A DNA stretch of 56,855 nucleotides, counting the filler, from Basidiobolus meristosporus CBS 931.73 (lineage: Eukaryota > Fungi > Basidiobolomycota): assembly GCA_002104905.1 (NCBI GenBank). It is 3 parts of 3 records of this genome, joined end to end, with 100 filler letters (N's around TTAATTAATTAA, not from the genome) between each part and the next. Parts side by side here need not be neighbours in the genome. Positions count along the whole stretch, not along the records: positions 24,415 to 44,055 come from MCFE01001028.1; positions 44,156 to 56,855 come from MCFE01001229.1; 1 more part is not named here. One strand, given 5' to 3'. The number at the start of each line of letters is the position of its first letter. Position 1 is the first letter of the stretch. A program made the position numbers and the translations under genes. Positions 37,955 through 47,394 of this stretch are shown here, in pieces. The notes below the pieces were generated by a model. It did not search any database. It saw only the letters and a list, made by a program, of their open reading frames with translations, and was not told where the DNA came from.

Positions 37955-38465
37955 ATGATCGGACAACTGGCAATCCCATTCTCCTTCATAATAGCCACAC
38001 TGGCCATTGGTGCTCAACTGCAGTTTACTACTGACTCAGCTGCTCCTGGGAACGTGGCCAGATGATCAACATCCACCGAATTACTTAGTCCAGCAAAGAA
38101 TTCTGGGAACGGATACACCGCCCAGGAGTTCAAGTCATAAAAGAAGGAAGATGCGTAAAGGATCATGAACCTTATATCCCAGCGGACGACGAAGAGTATG
38201 CCCAACAAAGAGTAACTCTAGCATACTTGATATGGATAAGATGGGGCTAATCCGGTCACTGATTCTCAGGAGCCGGCCATGGACCTCAATAGTGGAGATG
38301 AGGCGAGGCTGGCTTAGTGAGGAATGCCGAGGAAGGGTGACTAAGTGGGGAAGATACGGATGCTAGATTCGAGGACGCTTTGGGGGATACGACAATAATA
38401 GTCGGTGAGGAGGTAAAAGATATGACGGGCGCTACAACTGGGACGACCAGTTCGATAAATAAATG
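37955..38465 (+). pseudogene. Peptide-precursor copy P7 (multiple stops)
   Basis: MIGQLAIPFSFIIATLAIGAQLQ...VAR*, later KWGRY and RGRFGGY fragments. Confidence 0.85.
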
Positions 38466-38642
38466 AAATTATACGCCCGTACAAATTTAGCTCAGAGCTG
38501 TGAATAATGACAAGACTTGAATCCAGATCGTGAAATCAATGAGATCGTCGTAATGTTATGACATACAATTATTTATTAAACTGCCTTCGATTATGAAAAG
38601 TTACTCACAGTAATAGTTGATGTATTGGTGGTGTGTAATACA

Positions 38643-40071
38643 CTAGCCCAAATAGGCAGCTATAACGGAAGCCAACCCGAAGTAAACAAGAGCTGAGTTG
38701 GGATCGAAAAAGCTGACCCCATCGTTGGTATCAGTCTTGATCTTGGCATCACACTTGTAGGCTACATTTGCGAGTGGCGCCTTGGGATCAGCACAAGTGC
38801 TTTGCTGCGTGCCATTAAGCTTTTCACCATCGAAGAGGTTACGCATCCAGTGGAAAGTGTAGTTACTCTTGAAGCCAGGGTGGACCATATTCACTGTGTC
38901 TTGCAGAGCAGCATCAGCCATCGCAACAGCATTGAAGAACCAATCGGCATCGCCGCTCTTGGTTTGGGTTCTGTCTACGCGGTATACTGCCTTGTTGCTG
39001 ATGAACTTGTATTGTGTGTCAGCCACAGACAAGTTGTACAGTTGCAGTACCTCATCAACGGTAGGGTAGGTGATATTTTGGTGAATGAAACTTGACATAT
39101 CCACTACAATATCTGCATCCTTGATGACTTCAAGGAACTCATTCAATGGATGTCCCGTAGCTGTAGGAGTACTACTTTCCTCAAACTCTACCAGTAATTG
39201 TGCGCCACTATCCTGCGTCAGATAGTGTAGGTGATTCGGAGTGTAGTGAACGTATGCTCTCTCCGAGGGTGAATCATCGAATACATAAACCCAGGCAATC
39301 TTTGGGGTAGTCTTGGCCGTCATCGATTGTACCTCACTCTTGACGCAGTTATAGTTGTCCTCAATCTCTTGTGCGACCTTGCTGGCAGTCTTCTCCAAGT
39401 TGAAGAAGACCGAATAAACTTCGAGTAGATCTGATCTCATAACTGGAGTGTACCACGTGTACTCAACAATGTTGATGGTTTTGTTTCCATCAGCATATAT
39501 GGATGGGGAAAAAAGTGCATCAACATTTGCACTCGAACTGTTGTTGGCAATGCACGGGGACGTGAAGGATTGTGGCTCGACAGATGCGATACGCTCACTT
39601 AAGCCTAGCATCTAGAATAAACCATGTGTCAGACAATGCTTCCAAATCATTCGTGTCATTAGTAACTTACATCTAGATAGCTAGCCGCAGTCGAGTTCGC
39701 AATGTCCACTCGATTCAGCGGGATTTCAAAGAACTTGTCGTACTTGCTGACACGTTCCGGCTGAGGAGTCCCACGCTGGTAGAGGATGTACGTATCAGTC
39801 TGTGAAAGCTGCACATACTTCCAGTTCATTCTGTAGTCAATACTACGCTTGGTGTCATTGTTAACTAAACGGATGGAATGCATTAATACGCTATCTTATG
39901 GTAAATACAAATGGCGTGGCTCGTACATGTGACTTTGTCTGGGAAATAGTCGGTGGCTGGGTCGTAATTCTCCACCCTGAAGGATGGATCTACGATGTTG
40001 GAGGTGAGTACCTCACAGGAGACAGCAGTAAGGCCGAGGAAGGTAAGAGTGTAGATGCTGAAGCAACGCAT
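38643..40071 (-). CDS. S7: CBA1-like surface protein, signal peptide + GPI-type tail, 435 aa, intact
   Basis: Exons 40071-39927, 39864-39671, 39611-38643 with canonical GT-AG introns. C-terminus TNDGVSFFDPNSALVYFGLASVIAAYLG*. Confidence 0.88.
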
Positions 40072-40172
40072 GTGTATTGATGTTGGATGTTTCATGCTGC
40101 ACACTTAAATAATAACTGGCCATCGTACATTCGAACATATTGGCTGATCATCCAGAACCATAGCACAAAATA

Positions 40173-40550
40173 GGATAGATCACACCAACCATTATGCTCA
40201 AATTAGTTACACGAGTTCCTATACTTCGAGGCATCGAACATTCGTATGTAACAGTGTTGCTTCCACTCCTTGTCAGTGGTGTTGCAATAGATACATAACT
40301 AACACTGGTGGACACCAAACAATCTCAATATGGTAGATTAGCGCTTGGCATAGATATATGGATAGATCACACCAACTATTATGCTCAAATTAGTTACGCG
40401 ACATCATTTACTACGAGGTAAAGAACACTCGTATGTAACACTGTTGCTTCCACTCCTTGTCAGCAGTGTTGCAACAGCCGCGACGCTATCACTAGTGGAT
40501 GCTAAACAATCTCAATATGGCAAATTGGCGCTTGGCATAGCTCTTACAAT
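40173..40550. repeat. 187-bp tandem duplication in the S7 upstream region
   Basis: Same duplication as at 37054 (units at 40173 and 40360). Confidence 0.85.
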
Positions 40551-41073
40551 TTACAAATGATAGGTAATTGGTTGATCCCATAGAACAAAATACCAGTGTA
40601 TAGTCGCATACAGGACAACGTGCACCTACTGCAACGTTTTATGTATGTTGGCATACTTTGTCAAGAAGGGTGCTGCGGTTTGTATATGTCCCGTTTTTAT
40701 ATCATCTCGACAGTCGTACCTACTGAATTCCTTCTAGTGTGCAAACACTTCGGCCAAGACTTCACTATATTCAACTTTATGATATATCAGCTGTATAGAG
40801 CAAATCTCTGAGTCTCCAGTCCGATCATGTGTTCACCATAATGACAGAATGGTGGGATAAAATGCTGATGCACTAAATAGAAAACAGTCAATTCATCAGA
40901 CTACTGTCACTCTTCTTTACACCAGAGATTTCCCTGATTCGGAGTAGCTCGCTAGAGCTCATATACTGTTTTCATTAAACTAGCTAGGACAACCAAACCA
41001 CATGATGTATTCTGGTGTCAATATAAAATCTTTGGCCTGCTGAAGGCTAAGGCTACAGAACCTGGCCTGCAGT

Positions 41074-41592
41074 ATGATCAGACAATTAGCAATCCCATTC
41101 ACCCTCCTAATAGCCACACTGGCCATGGGTGCTCAACTGCAGTCCATCGCTGTTCCAACTGCTCCTGGGAACGTGGCCACCAACTCTGTATCCACCGAAT
41201 CACTTGGTCCAGCACAGAATCCTGGGGACGGGTATACCGTCCGGGAGTATAAGTCAAACAAGAAGGAAGACGCATCAAGGATCATGAACCTTATTCTTCA
41301 GCAGATGACAAACAGCATGCAAAAGAAGGAGTATCCTCCACTCTCGAACATGCTCGAAATGGATGACGCGCGAACTAGAGCTGCCTCAGAACCAAAGAAA
41401 CACACCGTTGAGACCAGGAGTGGAGGTGAGGGTGAGGATATCTCTGAGAAGAATCCCGAGGAAGCTGAGCTGTAGGGAAGATTTGCTCGCTCAAGACGTG
41501 GATACTGGGGCCGAGGACGCTTCGGGAGATATGGTGGGTATGGTTGGTGGGGAGGTAGAAGGTACAGCGGATGCTACGACTGGGACTGTTGA
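41074..41592 (+). CDS. P8: secreted precursor (signal peptide, acidic pro-region, G/R/W/Y-rich cationic C-terminal peptide); one in-frame TAG at 41473-41475
   Basis: 133 aa to the TAG, then in frame GRFARSRRGYWGRGRFGRYGGYGWWGGRRYSGCYDWDC*. P3 has TGG at the aligned codon, giving 172 aa if Trp is restored. Confidence 0.7.
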
Positions 41593-41942
41593 TTTGATAA
41601 ATAAATAGTTGCACAGGTATTGGCAGTGTGCGGAATCGTCCATTCCCAATATAGATCTGGAGATGCAATCACGCACGGACTGTTGACATCAGCATGTCTT
41701 TTATATTTGGGGGAGTAAATCGCGAAGACTGGTACTGCCTTTTACTATACTGCCTTTCACCACCCAATGTGCAACCCAAGTATATAGATAGATTCGACGT
41801 TATCAACATGAAACACGATATGTCAATGGTATGAAAATATATATAGATTTATGAGAAAATCAAATTTCACATGAAATAAACTGTATATACTGTGCAAAGA
41901 AAAGTATTTGTCGGAAATATATGCGATTGCTTCACCGTCAAG

Positions 41943-42840
41943 TTAGACCATGGAGACGAATCTTCCAGCGCCAGGCATCATGGAGGTGGAGGTTCTCTCT
42001 TGACCTTTGAAGTAACCGGTGGCTGTGAGGAACACGTTAGACGGTGTCTTCCAATGCAAAAAGGACAAGCCTAGTATATTCTTACCGTAGAAGATAGCAG
42101 TGAAGGTCAATGTCAATGCGGGAATGAACAGGACGTTGAAATGTTGGATCAGAGAAAGCCACATGACGATGGCGAAGCTAGAGATCAATTCAGCGGTTGG
42201 TAAATTAATTTTGTAGTAAGATTCGAGCTATTCTTACACTAAGTAGACACCAGCTCTGATATGGCTACCCGAGAGCTTCTTGATGAAGTTATCACTAAAA
42301 TAAGTCAATTCCCTGTTGAGAAATCATGCTCGTTCATAGCATCTTGCTTGTACATATACTTACAACGTAGGGCTAGTAGGACAACACTGCAATATTTTGT
42401 AATCGTTTGGTAAGCTTCCACGCCATGGCATATCTGAGGGAAAGTCAAACATACCTTCGTCAAGAAAGAGATCTCCATGAAAATGATCAAAACAGTGAAA
42501 ACGCTAGAGTTTCGACGGGTTAGTCTTGTTCGACCTGAGTGGCCCGAGCCGAGGGATAGCGACAACACTTACAAGCCGAGAATAGAGAAAATCGGCACTC
42601 TGAGGAATTCAACGATCCCGAGGATGATCAACACTAAATGGGCAAAATCCAGGACGGTTAGTGATTCCCAGACAATGTGGGACGCTCAAGCTGGTACGTA
42701 CGAAGGGCAGACAGCATAGCAACCCTAACGCGAAGTTAAGCTTGGTTAGTGCAACTCCAGCGACAGTAAGGTGCCGAGGACAAATACCATTGTGCATAGA
42801 CCGAGAATTTCCCGGACTTCAGATCGTCCATAAAACTCAT
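41943..42840 (-). CDS. TVP18: Golgi membrane protein Tvp18 (multi-exon)
   Basis: Spliced translation MSFMDDLKSGKFSVYAQWVAMLSALLLIILGIVEF...IFMEISFLTKCCPTSPTFDNFIKKL...IRAGVYL...YATGYFKGQER matches the Tvp18 pattern DLKSxxFSVYxxW / CPxSxxF. Confidence 0.88.
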
Positions 42841-43194
42841 GTTTGTCGCGTTTGGAGTTGGTGGAGTAGGGTAGGGTAGGGTAGGTGCACGGAATCGAAC
42901 AAACCAGAACTAAAGGTTTGAGTTACGAGATGGTCGGTCTTTATAGCGCAATAATTTATCAATTCCTCGAGCCAATGGACAATAGGTAAATATTTGGAGT
43001 TGGGGATTCTAAATGGGAACCTTGGATTCCGACAAATTAATCATCAATCGACTCTTGACTTTAATCATTTCCAGATAAAGGCCTTTCCAAGTATCACATG
43101 AGCTCAGATAAAGCCTCGCTAAAATTAGATGATGGATTGTGCCGTTGTTCAGCCAAACGCTCGACAAACAATGGATTCTAATAGAACAGGAGGG

Positions 43195-44055
43195 TTATAG
43201 ATAGCGGCCATTCTTTTTGACTGATGCCAGGTAGCATGCGATATTGATCAAGGTGACTATGCTACTCCCGGCGGTAATCTTGGTAAACCAAAGCCTCCAT
43301 CTTCCCGAGGCGAGCGCTGAAACAGTGAAGTACAAATGGCTGAAATTGGCCAGACTGAAGGCCAGCAGGATCGCCTTCTGCGCAGTGATGTCTTTGATCC
43401 TGAAGGATAAGAGCGACAGCAAAGCCCAGGCAGCGTGTACCCCGCCCAGGAATTTGACCGTGTCAATAGCATACGGGGGAACCCCACCCTTTCCACCAGA
43501 CACTACGGCATTCATAAGGAGAGCCTTTCGTGGGCGGGAAAGGTAATAAACAGCCAAGCCATGCCACAACAGGTTGACAGCAAAGGCGGTGTAGTTCGTA
43601 TGGGTCAGATCTAGTAATGCTTGGAAGACGTGGCGCAAAAATCGTTTGGTGACTGATGGATTTTCCGCTGGAGGAATCCTGGATTATGGGCGAGTCCCTG
43701 TTTGTGCTCGGTCGATGATTCGGGTTGGGATTTGGTTGGATGGTGGTTGTTTCTGTGTGATTCCTGTGTTAGGTGGATTGTTGTTTCTACGTGAATCCTG
43801 GATAGCTTTGTTCCACATGTCCTCAAATGCCTCCTGCTCCTTGGTGGTTGCTTCGTTCTTCCTTGCGTCCCTCCCTTCCGAAGCTGGCTTTTTCTCGGGG
43901 ATTTTCTGCCATTTTCACCCACTCCTTGTCGGCCTTCGGCGACGGCTCCTTCTTGTTTTGAGAAGGGGTGCCCTGTTCTTTATCGAGATGATCTTCATTT
44001 TCGCAGGAAGCCGCCGGATCCTGCGGGATGGCGGTCTCCTCGACCTCGGAAGGTG
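43195..44055 (-). CDS. Partial gene: low-complexity N-terminal part and C-terminal ~4-TM domain, function unknown; 5' end off the contig
   Basis: ORF 43195..43638 has about four hydrophobic segments and no ATG. Upstream charged and Pro/Gln-rich reading frames are broken by apparent frameshifts near the contig end. Confidence 0.55.
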
Positions 44056-44155
44056 NNNNNNNNNNNNNNNNNNNNNNNNNNNNNNNNNNNNNNNNNNNNT
44101 TAATTAATTAANNNNNNNNNNNNNNNNNNNNNNNNNNNNNNNNNNNNNNNNNNNN
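44056..44155. other. Artificial contig linker
   Basis: 44 N + TTAATTAATTAA + 44 N. Confidence 0.99.
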
Positions 44156-45341
44156 GGAGGCTGCGAACAGTCTTGCCAGCTCTCCACATCTCACTCTCGC
44201 GGATCTCCTCCAACTCCTTCTCCAACCCGGCACGGTAGTTCTCCTCAGAGTTCTTCTCCAGGGATCTGCGGGTCTCGCTGCCATCGGCAACGGATGTGTA
44301 CAACTTCTCGAACACAGGCTTGGTGGCCTCGTAGAATGGCTTCCACCAGTCGAGGCTCCTCTCTGGGCGGTGGTGGAGCAGTTGGAGTACATCCAGTCCA
44401 TGCCCTTCTCCCCGATCAAGGGGTACAGGGACTGGGTGGCCTCTTCGACGGTCTCGTTGAAGGCCTTCGGATGGGCTGTGTCCACGGGCTCTCAAGACCT
44501 CATACTGGGCCTGGAAGGCTCCTTGGATGGCGCCCATAAGGATACCACGCTCGCCGGTCAGGTCGGAGTACACCTCCTTCTCGAAGGTGGTCTCGTACAG
44601 GTATCCGGATCCGATCCCGACCCCGAGAGCGATGGCTCTCTCCTTGGCGTTGCCACTGGCATCCTGGAACACGGCGAAGGAGGAGTTGATGCCACGTCCT
44701 TGCTGGAAGAGTCTGCGAACAGTGAATCCAGATCCCTTGGGGGCGGCAAGGATCACATCAATATCGGTGGGTGGGATGACTCCGGTGTCCTCCTTGTACA
44801 CCACGGAGAACCCATGGGAGAAGTAGAGGGTCTTGCCCTTGGTGAGGTATGGCTTGACCGTGGACCAGAGCTGCTTCTGGGCGGCGTCGGAGAGAAGGTT
44901 CATGATGACAGTACCCTTGTCACAGGCTTCCTCAATGCTGAACAGGTTCTTACCAGGGACCCAGCCTTCCTCGACAGCCTGGTCGTAGCTGCGTCCCTTA
45001 CGCTGGCCGATGATGACGTTCAATCCGTTGTCACGCATGTTCAATGCTTGACCACGTCCTTGGGGTCCGTATCCGAGGACGGCCAAGGTGTCGTTGGCGA
45101 AGATCTTCTGGAGCTTCTCCTTGGGGTAGTCGGAGCGCTCGTAGACGGTTTCTTGGGTGCCGCCGAAGTCAAGGGTCTTGATGGAACGGGTCTGAACGAA
45201 GTTGGTGGCGGTGGCACGAGCAACGGTGGAGGGAACAGCTCTCATGGCAGCTACAGAGAGCTGACGAGCGGGGAGCTTGGCCATGCGAGCAAGGCCGGCG
45301 ACTCTCAAGGAGTTTCTAAGTGCGATGCGTGAGCTGTTCAT
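44156..45341 (-). CDS. ILV5: Ketol-acid reductoisomerase, mitochondrial, copy A (last codons cut off by the contig end; compensating +1/-1 indels)
   Basis: VLGYGPQGRGQALNMRDNG, YFSHGF, APKGSG, EVYSDLTGERGILMG. Indels at ~44467 and ~44355 scramble about 38 codons relative to copy B. Confidence 0.9.
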
Positions 45342-46032
45342 AATGGTCTATTGAAGTGATAATCGGATCACAGTGAGCTGGTACTGGCAGATGTTTCTAA
45401 CCTCGAGTGGTTTTATAGCATCTCTCCTATTAATCACTGTGACTAATAGTTGGTGCATGCAAGCATGGGTGCACAAGGTTGAATACGATCTCGCATCCTC
45501 GTGATTCCCTTTGTCTAATCATTTCTAAATTTGGGGATATCGGGTAAAAACCCCTCTGTTGCCAGCGCACTTTCACGTAGAGTGTTTGTACCATTTCCCT
45601 TCCCCAGCTTTGTGAGCCCACCATACACTACAATTGCAGTGGAGGAAAACTTTTGGTGATAAGAAGATAAAGTGAGTCGTGTGATCAAGAAAGATCGACT
45701 AGCTAGATTATCGCAAGATCATTGATAATTCCAGTGATGACTGTCTCTCCAATCTTTCCTGGTAGAAGAATTATGCATTCAACTGTGGCTGAAAAATATC
45801 TAGTGGAAAGAATAGGATGGATCATTCATATGATAATGAGAGCGTATCGAGAGCGTATCAAAATCTTCGACTAATTTGGTTCTAACCATCCAGTAAGGTG
45901 TTTGTAGTGTATGACATTAATTTCATCCATCGCCCACAGCTCAGCATTACTCACTATGAATGGATTACGTTATTGATTTATATAAAGTGATTGCCATCTC
46001 CCACCATTGAATATATCCTTCGTTTTAATAGA

Positions 46033-47235
46033 ATGAATACCCTTCGTTTCACCTCCAAAAATGCTTTGAGAGTTGCTGGCCTTGCTCGCATGGCCAAGCT
46101 CCCCGCTCGTCAGCTCTCTGTAGCTGCCATGAGAGCTGTTCCCTCCACCGTTGCTCGTGCCACCGCCACCAACTTCGTTCAGACCCGTTCCATCAAGACC
46201 CTTGACTTCGGCGGCACCCAAGAAACCGTCTACGAGCGCTCCGACTACCCCAAGGAGAAGCTCCAGAAGATCTTCGCCAACGACACCTTGGCCGTCCTCG
46301 GATACGGACCCCAAGGACGTGGTCAAGCATTGAACATGCGTGACAACGGATTGAATGTCATCATCGGCCAGCGTAAGGGACGCAGCTACGACCAGGCTGT
46401 CGAGGAAGGCTGGGTCCCGGGTAAGAACCTGTTCAGCATTGAGGAAGCCTGTGACAAGGGTACTGTCATCATGAACCTTCTCTCCGACGCCGCCCAGAAG
46501 CAGCTCTGGTCCACGGTCAAGCCATACCTCACCAAGGGCAAGACCCTCTACTTCTCCCATGGGTTCTCCGTGGTGTACAAGGAGGACACCGGAGTCATCC
46601 CACCCACCGATATTGATGTGATCCTTGCCGCCCCCAAGGGATCTGGATTCACTGTTCGCAGACTCTTCCAGCAAGGACGTGGCATCAACTCCTCCTTCGC
46701 CGTGTTCCAGGATGCCAGTGGCAACGCCAAGGAGAGAGCCATCGCTCTCGGGGTCGGGATCGGATCCGGATACCTGTACGAGACCACCTTCGAGAAGGAG
46801 GTGTACTCCGACCTGACCGGTGAGCGTGGTATCCTTATGGGCGCCATCCAGGGAGCCTTCCAGGCCCAGTATGAGGTCTTGAGAGCCCGTGGACACAGCC
46901 CATCCGAGGCCTTCAACGAGACCGTCGAAGAGGCCACCCAGTCCCTGTACCCCTTGATCGGGGAGAAGGGCATGGACTGGATGTACTCCAACTGCTCCAC
47001 CACCGCCCAGAGAGGAGCCCTCGACTGGTGGAAGCCATTCTACGAGGCCACCAAGCCTGTGTTCGAGAAGTTGTACACATCCGTTGCCGATGGCAGCGAG
47101 ACCCGCAGATCGCTGGAGAAGAACTCGGAGGAGAACTACCGTGCCGGGTTGGAGAAGGAGTTGGAGGAGATCCGCGAGAGTGAGATGTGGAGAGCTGGCA
47201 AGACTGTTCGCAGCCTCCGTCCCGAGAACAACTAG
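46033..47235 (+). CDS. ILV5: Ketol-acid reductoisomerase, mitochondrial, copy B (400 aa, intronless, intact)
   Basis: Same motifs plus GMDWMYSNCSTTAQRGALDW; Arg/Ser/Ala-rich mitochondrial presequence. Confidence 0.97.
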   Translation: MNTLRFTSKNALRVAGLARMAKLPARQLSVAAMRAVPSTVARATATNFVQTRSIKTLDFGGTQETVYERSDYPKEKLQKIFANDTLAVLGYGPQGRGQALNMRDNGLNVIIGQRKGRSYDQAVEEGWVPGKNLFSIEEACDKGTVIMNLLSDAAQKQLWSTVKPYLTKGKTLYFSHGFSVVYKEDTGVIPPTDIDVILAAPKGSGFTVRRLFQQGRGINSSFAVFQDASGNAKERAIALGVGIGSGYLYETTFEKEVYSDLTGERGILMGAIQGAFQAQYEVLRARGHSPSEAFNETVEEATQSLYPLIGEKGMDWMYSNCSTTAQRGALDWWKPFYEATKPVFEKLYTSVADGSETRRSLEKNSEENYRAGLEKELEEIRESEMWRAGKTVRSLRPENN

Positions 47236-47394
47236 ATAATTAAGCCATTCCATAATCTATTTCATATGTATATTCGTCATTGATAGTGTTTAAAGAAATC
47301 ATTAGCATCTGAAATAAATCCATCGATTTCATTTATTTAGGTCTAGTCACAGATTGGTCGGAATAAGGTTAAGGGCGTTGGATTTCATTTAGAG

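Noticed and set aside
25275-40071. Recent horizontal transfer of a bacterial ABC substrate-binding gene
   Set aside because: Two conserved spliceosomal introns, a eukaryotic signal peptide and GPI-type tail, and no permease or ATPase genes nearby. Any transfer would be old and cannot be shown without a phylogeny.
42867-42885. (TAGGG)n as telomeric repeat or G-quadruplex
   Set aside because: Under four units, only three full GGG runs, internal position just upstream of TVP18; most likely a short microsatellite.
43646-44485. ORFs that run into or through the N linker
   Set aside because: Their starts or ends depend on linker bases; artefacts.
38643-47235. Metabolic cluster linking a B12-binding protein with branched-chain amino acid synthesis (ILV5)
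   Set aside because: The genes are on different contigs separated by an artificial linker.
45970-47253. 427-aa antisense ORF over ILV5-B (and 44370..45332 over ILV5-A)
   Set aside because: Shadow frame of a highly codon-biased gene: the sense frame rarely uses TTA/CTA/TCA, so antisense stops are absent. No independent protein features.
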